Shown here piece after piece: positions 18,917-28,443 of a stretch of 64,000 nt of DNA. The stretch comes from Armatimonadota bacterium (GTDB taxonomy: Bacteria > Armatimonadota > UBA10988): the NCBI GenBank assembly GCA_016235455.1, contig JACRKZ010000129.1:1-64000 (forward strand), read 5' to 3'. Position 1 is the first letter of the stretch. Every line of letters starts with the position of its first letter. The translations under genes were made by a program, and so were the position numbers. The notes beneath the pieces were generated by a model, which did not search any database, had not been told where the DNA came from, and saw only the letters and a program-made list of their open reading frames with translations.

Positions 18917-20908
18917 ATGCGGACCACGCCCCTCGCCGCGCTACGTCTGGCCCTCGGGATCCAGGTGGTGCTGGCCTTGCCGCTTGCGGCCCAGAGCCCG
19001 GCTTTTGTCGACGGCAGCCCTGGCTCGGACTATCGCTGGACCCCAGTGGTCAAAGCCACGCCGGCCGCGCTCGCCGCGGGCGAGGTGGACCTGCTCATCG
19101 ACTGGCAGGACGCCAACAGCCACTACCGCCTCGCCTTGACCAAGGATCGCGCGCAGTTCCAGCGCGTGGTGGGCGGCAAGACGCAGGCCATCGGCGTCGG
19201 TGGCGCGTTGCGGCGGATTGGCGACGAACCCGCGCTGCGCTTCTCCATTCACCGCACGGACTGGGGCCTGGCCGCCTACTGCAACCGCGTCCTCTGCGCG
19301 CGCGCCGAGGACCGCACCATCCCACCCGGCAAGGCCGGCTGGCTGACCAAGGGCGCCGACCTGAGCGTCGAGCCCGGCGCGCTGCAGACCGTGGAAGAGC
19401 TGTTCTTCTCCGACGACTTCATGCGCACGGATGATCAACTCGGTGGCTGGGAAGCGGCCATCGGCAAGTGGGAGAACAACCAGCAGGGCAGCAAGGTCTC
19501 GCGCAGCGCCAACGCCTTCAGCTTCCGCTCCAAAGGCGGCGAGCCGTGCGTTGCCGTGCACGGCAACGCCTTTGACCACGACTACGTGGTGCAGGCCGCC
19601 GCGCGCAGCGACAACGCCGGGGCCATGGGCCTGGTGGTGGGCTTCCAGGATGAGAAGAACTACTACCGAATGAGGTGGACGGCCGCGGCCAACGAGGACG
19701 GCGGGACCTGCCGGCTGCAGCGCATCTTCGATGGTCAGACGGTTGACCTGACACCACCCATCTCTGGCGGCTACCTGCCCGACGTGTGGTACAAGCTCCA
19801 GCTCTCGCTGGCGGGCGGCTGGGTCTACGGCTGGATCGACGATGTACCACTGTTCGAAGTGGCGGCGCAGGCCTTCGGCGAAGGCAAGATTGGCGTCTAT
19901 TCGGCGCCCGCCGCTGGCGAGCAGGCCACTGACGCGGTGGCTGGCGCGCTGTTCGACGACGTCGTGCAGCGCTCCTGGCCGCTGTTCTCCGATGACTTCT
20001 CTCAGCCCAGCGGCGCCCGCTGGACAGCCGATGGGCCGGCCTGGGAGACCAGGCCGCTGGCTGGCTCCGGCGTGGCCGTTGCGCCGGCCTCGGGCCGACT
20101 GTGGTGTGGCGCGGACAACTGGGAAGGCGTCACTTTCGACGCCGACGTGAACTACAGCGGTGGCGCGGTGGGCCTGGCCGCCGGCAAAGCGGGCGACCAG
20201 CCCGGCTATGCCGCGATCGTCTCGGCCGAGCGCACGGTGATCACACGCATCGGCGACCAGCAGCCGCTGGCGACCTTGGCCAAGGGCATGACCACCGGCG
20301 CTTGGCACCACCTGAGCTTCAGCGCCGATGCGGGGCTGCTCCGGCTCAGCGTGGATGGCGATGAACGCCTCGAGGCGCTGGTCCCGGGCACCGCGGTGGG
20401 CCGCTGCGGCCTGGTGGCCGAGGGCGCCGCCGGCGCGCAGTTCACCAACGTGCGAGCGCGCTTCAGGCCGACCAGCTACAACCTGCCTCCCACGCTGCCC
20501 GCGGAGTTCGTGCAGGACCGCTACATGACCACGTGGGCGTCACCCGGCGCGGCCTGGGTGCAGGTGGAGGGCTCGCCGGCACGCTGGCACAAGGGCTTCT
20601 TCTATGGCGACCGGCGGGTGCACTTCGAAGTGCCCGGCCTGGGCAAGCAGGCGGGCAAGGTCACCGTCGCCCTGGGCGCCAACGACACCAAGACGCTCGA
20701 CGGCTACCGGCTGGTGCTGACGCTGACACGCGACCAGAAAGTCATCGCCCTCGCGCTGATGCTGGGCGACAAGACCGTGGCCGAAGGCAAGGCCAAGTGT
20801 GAGGGTGACAGCGCCGAGGTGAACTTCGAGCTCACGGGCCACTACATCCAGGCGACCATCGACGGTACGACCGCGCTGACCTATCGCATTCCCGAGGTGA
20901 CCCAATGA
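18917..20908 (+). CDS. Secreted protein with repeated concanavalin-like (DUF1080-like) beta-sandwich domains
   Basis: Signal peptide; repeated FSDDF starts, MGLVVGFQDEKNYYR, WYKLQL, WHHLSF, GKIGVY/GRCGL patterns. Confidence 0.65.
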   Translation: MRTTPLAALRLALGIQVVLALPLAAQSPAFVDGSPGSDYRWTPVVKATPAALAAGEVDLLIDWQDANSHYRLALTKDRAQFQRVVGGKTQAIGVGGALRRIGDEPALRFSIHRTDWGLAAYCNRVLCARAEDRTIPPGKAGWLTKGADLSVEPGALQTVEELFFSDDFMRTDDQLGGWEAAIGKWENNQQGSKVSRSANAFSFRSKGGEPCVAVHGNAFDHDYVVQAAARSDNAGAMGLVVGFQDEKNYYRMRWTAAANEDGGTCRLQRIFDGQTVDLTPPISGGYLPDVWYKLQLSLAGGWVYGWIDDVPLFEVAAQAFGEGKIGVYSAPAAGEQATDAVAGALFDDVVQRSWPLFSDDFSQPSGARWTADGPAWETRPLAGSGVAVAPASGRLWCGADNWEGVTFDADVNYSGGAVGLAAGKAGDQPGYAAIVSAERTVITRIGDQQPLATLAKGMTTGAWHHLSFSADAGLLRLSVDGDERLEALVPGTAVGRCGLVAEGAAGAQFTNVRARFRPTSYNLPPTLPAEFVQDRYMTTWASPGAAWVQVEGSPARWHKGFFYGDRRVHFEVPGLGKQAGKVTVALGANDTKTLDGYRLVLTLTRDQKVIALALMLGDKTVAEGKAKCEGDSAEVNFELTGHYIQATIDGTTALTYRIPEVTQ

Positions 20909-23900
20909 GGCTGGTGCTCCGACCTACCCTGTGCCTGGCGCTGTCGCTGACCGCGGCGCTCGGCGGCTGGGCCGCCGGGCCCGGCCCGACCGTGTCGAGC
21001 GACACGCACGGCGCGTTCTACAACGACTTCGAGAGCACGCCCGCGCCGCTGGCCGCGCGACCCGTGGGCCGCGACGAGCCACCCACCATGGTGCTCACCC
21101 GCGTCAGCGAGGCGGGTCGCGGCAAGGTCCTGCGCGCCACTAACAGCGTCTCGGGCGGCTACGTCGGCGTGAACCTGCTGCCGCCCGGCCGACCCATGCC
21201 GGCCTACAGCCGCCTCTCGTTCGACTACAAAGCCGACGCGACGCTCAAGGCCAACCTGTTCTGCCGCGTGCAATCGGTGGACTACGAGATCGGCTTCTGC
21301 GGCCCGCGCTCGGATACCGGCCTGAACACCTGGCTGGGCCAGCTGCCCGACGTCAAGGCCGACGGCCAGTGGCACCACATCGATATCCCGCTGCTGCGCC
21401 TGCTGCGCCTGCAGTTGCCGATGCTCAACAACGTACGCATCAGCGAACTCTGTTTCGAGAACCGCTGCCAGGCCGACTACCTGCTGGCCGGTTTCGGCGG
21501 CAACCCCGCGGGCGCCACGCTGTCGCTGGACAACGTGCAGATCGTGCGCGTTGGTGGGCCCACCGCCCATCTCATGTGGCAGCCCGCGCCGGGCACCGCA
21601 CCGGAGGGCTACGCCGTGGTGGTCGACGGCGCCGCGACCACCGAGCCCAAGGACGTCACAACCCCCAAGACCGAGCTGGACAAGACGTTCGAAGGCCTGA
21701 AGGATGGCGAACACTGGGCACATGTGCGCGCCTTCGACGGGCAAGCCTGGTCGGAGACGACGCACTACCGCTTCGAGGTGAACACCGAGCCGCCGACGGC
21801 GGCGCTCGTCGAGCCCGCCAATGGCTCGACCGCCTGCCCGAAGGCGGTGCGGGTCAAGCTGGTCAGCCGCGCGGCGGGCATTGCGCCCAACCGCATCGAG
21901 ATCAAACTCGCCGGCCAGGAGCTGCGCGTGGAGAACGCGGGCGTCAGCTACGACCCGGTCAGCGAGGAACTGGCCATCGACCTGTCGCGCCTGGAACACG
22001 AAGAGGGCAAGTCGGTCACCCCGGTGATCTGGGGCGATGGCCAGAAGCTGGACTTCTCGGTCAACTGCACCGATGAGAACGGCATCGCGCTGGTCAAGCC
22101 GCTAGACGCGTCGTTCACCATGCGCTTCGCGGCCGACAAGACCGCGCCCGAGGGCGGCCGGCTGCTGCTGGCCTGGCCCGGCGAGGCCTCGCCCACCGAG
22201 ATCCCCGGCGAGGGCACCTTTGAGAACGGCGTGGACGAGTGGATGGCGCACGGCAACGAGCGCGTGGTTGTCGAGCGCACCGACCGCACCGCTGCCAGCG
22301 GCAAGTACAGCCTGCGCGTCATGTGCACCGAGAATGGCTCGGACTACACGACTTACGTGCGACGCTCGCCGTTCGATGTCGGCCGCTTCCGCGTGGTCAG
22401 CTTCGACTACAAAGCCGACCCGCGCCTGCGCCTCGACTTCGTGCTCCGCGTGGGCATGGCCGACGGCGAGAAGTACGTGCGCGTCATCTTCACCGACCGC
22501 GACAACGACGGCCTGCCCGTAGGCCGCGTGCCCGATGTCGTGGCCGACAACGAGTGGCACCACGCCGAGTTCAACCTGTACGACATGCTACGGTCCAAGT
22601 TCCCCAACCAGACGAGCTTCCGCGTGCAGGGCATGCTGCTGACCGGCGGCAAGTGGTCCGACACTCCGCGCCGCTTCCCAGGCAACTACGCGGGCACCGA
22701 GGTCTACTTCGACAACTTCTTCTTCGTGCCCACGGTCAGCGCTGATGCCAAGCTGGTCTGGCAGGGACACGACGTCAGCGGGTTGGCCGGCGCGCGCGTC
22801 TCAGCCGCGCCCGACGTGGCGCAGTTGCCGACAGCCGACGCCGAAGGCGCCGGTCGCCGGGTCGAAGGTCCGGCGACCGCGCTGGCCGATTTCGGCTCCG
22901 GCCTGACCTATCTCTGGGTCCGCCCGTTCGACCGCGCCGGCAACCTGGCCGCGCCGATGCTGACCCGCGCGGTCATCGCCGGCGGGCGGCCCGAGATCGC
23001 CAGCTTCTGGCCCGCGCCGGACGGCGCGCGCGTGGCGCCGTCGACCCTCGGGGTTAAGCTGCGCTATGACCGCGCCGTGGGCATCGACCCGTCAACCATC
23101 ACGCTCGAAGTCGATGGCCGGCCGTACAACCTGGACAGCAACACGCTGTCCTTCGATGCCGCCACCGGCACCATCCTATGGGACGGCCGCCGCAGCGAGC
23201 CCCAGACGGTCCTGCCCGACGGCAAGACCGTCACGGTCAAGTTGCTGAGCTGCAAGGACCAGGCCGGCAACAGCCCGGCCGCCATGCCGTCCTGGAAGTT
23301 CAGCGTCGACTACAAGCTCGACAAGACCGGCCCGGTGGTCAAGACCCGCAGCCGCACGCACACGGCAACCTGGTACGACGATTTTCTGGACCCGGCGCTG
23401 CAGTGGTCGGCCAAGACGGGCGACAGCGTGCAGATCAAGCGCGTGCCCATCGCCGGGAGCGACGGCCAGGCACTGAGCCTCGTGACTGAACGCGCCAACG
23501 CGCCGTACGCCGTGTGGCACGCGTTCGACTCGCCCTACTCGCTGCTGCGCTTCGGACACCTGATCTTCGACTACAAGATCGCCCCAGGCGTGGACGTCGA
23601 CCTGTTGCTGCGCCTGCGCAACGAGGACCAGCCCGACCTGGTGCGCGCGCTCAAGCTCACCGACGCCGCCACCGATGTGGCCCGGCCCGGCGCGATCGCC
23701 GGCGTCGTGGCCGACGACCAGTGGCACCGCGCCATCGTGCCGGTCATGGACCTGCTGCGCGGCGATGATGCCCTGCCCGCCGGGCCCCAGGTCAAGGCCA
23801 TCGGCTTCGGTGACCAGGGGCCGTCCAAGGCGCAGGTGGGCCGCGGATTCCAGATCGCCAACATCTACGCCATGCGCCCGGCCACCTCGGCCACGGTGCG

Positions 23901-24117
23901 CCTGGACTGGACGGCGCTGGACGAGACCGGCGTCAAGGGCTACAGCTACGTGGTCGACCAGAACCCGCGCACCACGCCGCAGCCGCAAGTGATGACCCAG
24001 GAGACCGAGTTGCGCCTCCGCGACATCGGCGCCAAGCTGGCCTGGTTCCACATCCGCGCGGTGGACGGCTCGGGTAACTGGGGGCCGACCACCCACTTCC
24101 CCTTGCTCGCCCCCTAG
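20905..24117 (+). CDS. Large secreted protein with three CBM-like repeats separated by Ig/Fn3-like domains
   Basis: Signal peptide; three copies of (S/I)FDYK...AD(G/N/D)xWH; HVRAFD, WVRPFDRAGN, KDQAGN, HIRAVDGSGNW; ATGA overlap with upstream gene. Confidence 0.7.
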   Translation: MRLVLRPTLCLALSLTAALGGWAAGPGPTVSSDTHGAFYNDFESTPAPLAARPVGRDEPPTMVLTRVSEAGRGKVLRATNSVSGGYVGVNLLPPGRPMPAYSRLSFDYKADATLKANLFCRVQSVDYEIGFCGPRSDTGLNTWLGQLPDVKADGQWHHIDIPLLRLLRLQLPMLNNVRISELCFENRCQADYLLAGFGGNPAGATLSLDNVQIVRVGGPTAHLMWQPAPGTAPEGYAVVVDGAATTEPKDVTTPKTELDKTFEGLKDGEHWAHVRAFDGQAWSETTHYRFEVNTEPPTAALVEPANGSTACPKAVRVKLVSRAAGIAPNRIEIKLAGQELRVENAGVSYDPVSEELAIDLSRLEHEEGKSVTPVIWGDGQKLDFSVNCTDENGIALVKPLDASFTMRFAADKTAPEGGRLLLAWPGEASPTEIPGEGTFENGVDEWMAHGNERVVVERTDRTAASGKYSLRVMCTENGSDYTTYVRRSPFDVGRFRVVSFDYKADPRLRLDFVLRVGMADGEKYVRVIFTDRDNDGLPVGRVPDVVADNEWHHAEFNLYDMLRSKFPNQTSFRVQGMLLTGGKWSDTPRRFPGNYAGTEVYFDNFFFVPTVSADAKLVWQGHDVSGLAGARVSAAPDVAQLPTADAEGAGRRVEGPATALADFGSGLTYLWVRPFDRAGNLAAPMLTRAVIAGGRPEIASFWPAPDGARVAPSTLGVKLRYDRAVGIDPSTITLEVDGRPYNLDSNTLSFDAATGTILWDGRRSEPQTVLPDGKTVTVKLLSCKDQAGNSPAAMPSWKFSVDYKLDKTGPVVKTRSRTHTATWYDDFLDPALQWSAKTGDSVQIKRVPIAGSDGQALSLVTERANAPYAVWHAFDSPYSLLRFGHLIFDYKIAPGVDVDLLLRLRNEDQPDLVRALKLTDAATDVARPGAIAGVVADDQWHRAIVPVMDLLRGDDALPAGPQVKAIGFGDQGPSKAQVGRGFQIANIYAMRPATSATVRLDWTALDETGVKGYSYVVDQNPRTTPQPQVMTQETELRLRDIGAKLAWFHIRAVDGSGNWGPTTHFPLLAP

Positions 24118-24127
24118 AGGCTACGCC

Positions 24128-24895
24128 ATGGCGGTGACGCGCGACAGCTTCACCGAGGGTCGGCTCCGGCAACGGCTCGGGGCCGACCCAGTACGGCATC
24201 TGCCCGACGGTTACGAACTGGCTGGCGCCAACCTGGCGCGGCTCGGCTTGAGCAAGGCGCAACTGGATGGCAGCGACCTGCGCGGCGCCAATCTGCGCGG
24301 CGCCGACCTGCAGCGGGCCACCCTCATCGGCGCCGATCTGGCAGGTGCCGACCTCAGCGAAGCACTGCTGCAGGACGCCGATCTGTCACGCGCCGACCTG
24401 AGCGGCGCCAACCTCAGCCGAGCCGTGCTCGACGGAACCATCGTGCTCGGCGCCCGGCTCGACGGCGCGCGCCTGACCGGTGCGGTCTGCCGCGGCGTGC
24501 AGCTGTGGCAAGCGCATGTCGAGCCCGGGCAGGCCGCCGAGTGTCAGGTCTCCCTGGCGGCGCTGTTTGAGGCTGAACTCGATGCCCAGCAGGTGCTCCA
24601 CCTGTTGGCATGGACAGCGGTCTACGGCGGCGATGCCGAGCGCTGCGCCATGCGCCGCTGCCTCGGTGAGCGCCGCTGGCGCGCCTATCGCCGCGAGCTG
24701 CAGGAGGCCATGGGCGCCGTGGACGCGCGTATCGGCCCCCTCAGCAACGCCTCGCTGTCGCCGGCGCAACCGGGCGGCCCGGCCAGCGAGCGCAGCCTGA
24801 GCCAGGCGCCAGACCCGCACGGCAGTGCCGGCGCGAGCAGCCTGTCGTGGCTGCGGCAATGGCGCGAGCAGCGTGGCGAGCGCGACGAGCCGTAG
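24128..24895 (+). CDS. Pentapeptide repeat protein
   Basis: ANLAR, AQLDG, SDLRG, ANLRG, ADLQR, ADLAG, ADLSE, ADLSR, ADLSG, ANLSR. Confidence 0.9.
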   Translation: MAVTRDSFTEGRLRQRLGADPVRHLPDGYELAGANLARLGLSKAQLDGSDLRGANLRGADLQRATLIGADLAGADLSEALLQDADLSRADLSGANLSRAVLDGTIVLGARLDGARLTGAVCRGVQLWQAHVEPGQAAECQVSLAALFEAELDAQQVLHLLAWTAVYGGDAERCAMRRCLGERRWRAYRRELQEAMGAVDARIGPLSNASLSPAQPGGPASERSLSQAPDPHGSAGASSLSWLRQWREQRGERDEP

Positions 24896-24991
24896 GCAAG
24901 GCGCAGCCCCGAGCCGCAGGCCGCCCAAAGCACAACGGCGCGCCGGCCGCCGAAGCTGGCCGTCGCGCCGCTGGACGAAACGTCCGCGAGC

Positions 24992-25750
24992 CTAGTGCTC
25001 CATCTCGGTGATCTGGTCGCCGAGCTCGCTGCGGGTCTGTACGCGGTCGATGAGACCGTCACGGATCCAGATGATGCGGTCGGAGACGTCGACCATCTTG
25101 AGGTCGTGCGTGGCCGAGATGACGGTGACGCCGCTCTCCTGGTTGAGCCGGCGCAGAAGCTCGATGATCTCCTTACCGGTCTTGAGGTCGAGGTTGCCCG
25201 TCGGCTCGTCGGCGAGGATGATGCTGGGCGAGTTGGCCAGCGAGCGGGCAATGGCCACACGCTGCTGCTGACCACCGGAGAGCTCGCCCGGCTTGTTGTT
25301 GAGGCGGTGGCCCAGGCCGACCGTGTCCATCAGCAGGCGGCCGCGCTCCATCTGCTCGTCCGAGGTCATGCCGGCGAACACCATGGGCAGCGTGACGTTC
25401 TCCAGGGCGGTCATGACCGGGATGAGGTTGAACGTCTGGAAGATGTACCCGATCTTGCGGCAGCGCAGCCAAGCCAGTTCGTAGGCATCGAGCTGCGCCA
25501 TGTCCACCTCGTCGATGAACACGGTGCCCTCGGTCGGCTTGTCCAGACCACCGATCATGTTGAACAGGGTGGACTTGCCCGAACCCGACGGACCCATGAG
25601 CGAGATGTACTCGCCGCGGAACACGTCCACGCTGACGCCCTTGAGCGCCTGGACCACTTCGTCGCCCATCTGGAAGTGTTTGGTCAGGTCCTTGGTGCGG
25701 ACGATGTATTCCTCGTTCAGATGTTCCTTCGCCCCGTTGCTGTCTGCCAC
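24992..25750 (-). CDS. ABC transporter ATP-binding protein (LolD/MacB family)
   Basis: [43 protein letters not shown]; GTG start. Confidence 0.95.
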   Translation of the reverse strand: MADSNGAKEHLNEEYIVRTKDLTKHFQMGDEVVQALKGVSVDVFRGEYISLMGPSGSGKSTLFNMIGGLDKPTEGTVFIDEVDMAQLDAYELAWLRCRKIGYIFQTFNLIPVMTALENVTLPMVFAGMTSDEQMERGRLLMDTVGLGHRLNNKPGELSGGQQQRVAIARSLANSPSIILADEPTGNLDLKTGKEIIELLRRLNQESGVTVISATHDLKMVDVSDRIIWIRDGLIDRVQTRSELGDQITEMEH

Positions 25751-25784
25751 GGTACCTACCTCGCTTGCTGTGCTCAGACTCTGG

Positions 25785-26768
25785 CTACACCGTCGACCGG
25801 AGCGCGGCCGCCGCCGGCATCTTGGCCGCCTGGCTGGCCGGCAGGATCGCGGCCAGCACGCTGAGGATGGACCCCAGCAGAATGCCCTGGACCAGAATCC
25901 CGCCGAACCCCGCTATCACGTCCGTGAGATGGAACGTGTAGCGTAGCGAGTTGACCAGGTACATGACAACCACGCCGCTCAGCGAGCCGGTGACGCCGGC
26001 CAGCAGGCCGAGCACCCCGGACTCGATGAGGAAGAGCTTGACGATGAAGTGGTCCAGCGCGCCCAGACACTTCATCGTGCCGATCTCGCGGAAGCGCTCG
26101 GTCACCGCCATCAGCATGGCATTGCAGATGCCGACCACGGACACCAGCAGCGCCATGATGATCAGCCAGGTCAGCCGCGCACCTTCGCCGGCTTCGGTGG
26201 CCTCGCCGGCGGCCCGCAGGCACAGCGCGGTGGTGCGCACCGAGGCGAAGAAGGCGATGCCCAGGAAGATGCTCGACGCCGTGATGACCACGCGGCCCAG
26301 GCGCACGCGCACGCTCTTCACCGACATCTCGATGGCCTTGGAGGTGGGCAGCGAGATCTCGTCGCGGATGCGTGAGCGGCGCGCCTCATCGGCCAGGGGG
26401 CCGATGCAGTCCACCGTGCGGTCGCTGATGCGCATGGACATCAATGCGCGCAGGTCGATGGTGGCGCTATCGAGCACCTTGGCGATGTTCAGGCCTTCGG
26501 GCTCGCGCTGCTCGCTGAGCAGATCGATGACCTGCGACTGCGCCGTCAACTCGTGCGCCATGCCGGCGACCAGATCCTCGTGCTCCAAGGTGTCGCCCGA
26601 GTCGTTGCCCGCCAGACGCGCGCGGATCTCCGCCTCGCTCAGAGCGTCAACACGGTCGCCCTGGAGCAACGCGGCGCGCTGCTCGGCGGTGAGACCGATG
26701 AGCAACGCCTCTTTGGCCTGCTCGGTCTGTGCCGCCGCCTGCTCGTCGTGCTTTGACTCGTCTGCCAT
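25785..26768 (-). CDS. FtsX-like ABC permease lacking a periplasmic domain, with N-terminal soluble extension
   Basis: GICNAMLMAVTERFREIGTMKCLGA...LFLIES; LPASQAAKMPAAAALR; about 4 TM. Confidence 0.88.
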   Translation of the reverse strand: MADESKHDEQAAAQTEQAKEALLIGLTAEQRAALLQGDRVDALSEAEIRARLAGNDSGDTLEHEDLVAGMAHELTAQSQVIDLLSEQREPEGLNIAKVLDSATIDLRALMSMRISDRTVDCIGPLADEARRSRIRDEISLPTSKAIEMSVKSVRVRLGRVVITASSIFLGIAFFASVRTTALCLRAAGEATEAGEGARLTWLIIMALLVSVVGICNAMLMAVTERFREIGTMKCLGALDHFIVKLFLIESGVLGLLAGVTGSLSGVVVMYLVNSLRYTFHLTDVIAGFGGILVQGILLGSILSVLAAILPASQAAKMPAAAALRSTV

Positions 26769-26822
26769 CCACTGCCTCCGGCCGTCGCGCGCATGACCCT
26801 CGCGCAGCCCACAGGTTGCGCT

Positions 26823-27311
26823 TCAGGCGCGCTTACGTTTGCCACCACGACCCGTTCGCGAGCCGCCATTGTCGGTATTCGCCGCCGCCGCGCCCATGGC
26901 CTCCCCGCGCGCGGCAGAAATCGTCAGGCGCAGACCGAGGAAGCGCCGCTTGGCCAGGGTCTGCAAGAACTGGGTCAGCGAGACCTCGGCTTCGCGCGGG
27001 TTGAGCTGGTGCTCGCGGGCCAGCCGCTTGACCAGATCGCGCACCGTCGCCTCGCCATCACACCACTGCCAGACGTCCGACCCAACCTCGTCGAGTTCCA
27101 CCATGCGGTGGTCCGGCGTGGTCACCAGCAAGCGGAACAGGCGCATCCACGGCTTGACTGCCATGGGCACCTGGAGCAGCACTCGGCCGTTGTCCTGCAC
27201 TTCCCACGTGATCGCAGGGTTGCGCACCGGCTGAGCACCCAACGCCTCCTCGCGAGAGACCTCGGGTCCGTTCTTCCGCTTGGCTAGTCGACCGAGATCG
27301 GGTAAACGCAT
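26823..27311 (-). CDS. PqqD-family / RRE-like protein
   Basis: MVELDEVGSDVWQWCDGEATVRDLVKRLAREH...EAEVSLTQFLQTLAKRRFL matches the PqqD winged-helix pattern L(D/N)xxGxxVWxxxDGxxTVxxL. Confidence 0.85.
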   Translation of the reverse strand: MRLPDLGRLAKRKNGPEVSREEALGAQPVRNPAITWEVQDNGRVLLQVPMAVKPWMRLFRLLVTTPDHRMVELDEVGSDVWQWCDGEATVRDLVKRLAREHQLNPREAEVSLTQFLQTLAKRRFLGLRLTISAARGEAMGAAAANTDNGGSRTGRGGKRKRA

Positions 27312-27348
27312 GGCCAGCGGTCATCCTACACGATTCACGATGCCCGCG

Positions 27349-28440
27349 TCAAGGCGCTGTGAAGCGGTGCGTCGGCGTCGGCCGCCCCGGCCGGAAGCTC
27401 TGCAGCCGTTGCACCTCGAAGCCCACGCCCAGTTGGTTGCCCACGCGGCGCAGCGCGCGCACGCTGGCCGCCTCCAGATCCTCGGGCGCCATGGCCACGC
27501 GACAGTTGAGCGTGAGCCGCGCGGACGCCGTCGACAGCGCGCCGGCCACCTCCACCGGCTGGCCCAGGCCGGTCAGGTTGGCGCGGCAACTGCCGCCGTC
27601 GGACTCGACCAGCGCCTTGATGTGACCGATGGGGGCCACGTTGGCCTGGGCCACGCGCCGCAGCTCGGCCAGCAGGTCGGCCAGGAAGGTCTCGGCGGCG
27701 AACGGCGCCGCGGCTCGCAGCGCCACCGTGGCGTTGAGCCAGCCCAGTTCGGCTTCCGCTTCGGCATAGGTGTCGTAGTCGATCTCGAGGATATGCTGGC
27801 CAGCCACGGAGTCGGCGGAGAGCCGGGCCCACCACTCGGCCACGCCTTGGCCGTCGCGCGCCGAGACGCTCACCGCCGGCGTTGCGGGCAGCCGCGCGGC
27901 CAGCAGCGCGCGCAACTGCGCCCGCGCCTCAGACTTTAGCAGGTCGACCTTGTTGAGCGCGACGATGTCGGCCTCCTCGAGCTGCTTGAAGAACAGGTAG
28001 CCCATGGGCGAGTCGACCAGTTCGGGCCGGCTCAGCTCGGCCAGCCGGTCGGGCGCCACCAGCACGGTGTACGGCGCCAGCGTCAGCCGGTCGCCGTAGA
28101 AGCGGCGCAACGGCGCGAGCACCGTGGCGCTCAAGTCGGCGCAACTGCCCACCGGCTCGGCCAGAATGATGGTCGGCTGGATGTGCGTCAGGATCTGTTC
28201 GCAGGCCTTGGCCAGATCGGCGAAACGGCAACAGAAGCAGCCGCCGGCGATCTCCTCGACCGGCAGGCCCAGGCCGCGAGCGTAGTTGCTGTCCACCAGG
28301 TCGCCCGCCTGGTCGTTGGTGATCAGCGCCACCCGCTCGCCCTCGGCGCCCAGTTGCGCGCCGAGGCGGCACATCATCGATGTCTTGCCCGCGCCAAGGA
28401 ACCCGCCTACCAACGCGAACCGCACGCGTGCGTCGTCCAT
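27349..28440 (-). CDS. CobW/COG0523-family G3E GTPase (putative metallochaperone)
   Basis: GGFLGAGKT, ITNDQ, GGCFCC, AEPVGSC, QLEEAD, NKVD. Confidence 0.9.
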   Translation of the reverse strand: MDDARVRFALVGGFLGAGKTSMMCRLGAQLGAEGERVALITNDQAGDLVDSNYARGLGLPVEEIAGGCFCCRFADLAKACEQILTHIQPTIILAEPVGSCADLSATVLAPLRRFYGDRLTLAPYTVLVAPDRLAELSRPELVDSPMGYLFFKQLEEADIVALNKVDLLKSEARAQLRALLAARLPATPAVSVSARDGQGVAEWWARLSADSVAGQHILEIDYDTYAEAEAELGWLNATVALRAAAPFAAETFLADLLAELRRVAQANVAPIGHIKALVESDGGSCRANLTGLGQPVEVAGALSTASARLTLNCRVAMAPEDLEAASVRALRRVGNQLGVGFEVQRLQSFRPGRPTPTHRFTAP

Positions 28441-28443
28441 GCC

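Noticed and set aside
24128-24895. Qnr-type quinolone resistance gene
   Set aside because: Generic A(D/N)LxG pentapeptide repeats with an unrelated C-terminus; nothing specific to Qnr.
26823-27311. PQQ biosynthesis or a RiPP cluster
   Set aside because: No pqqA/B/C/E, radical SAM, cyclase or convincing precursor ORF nearby.
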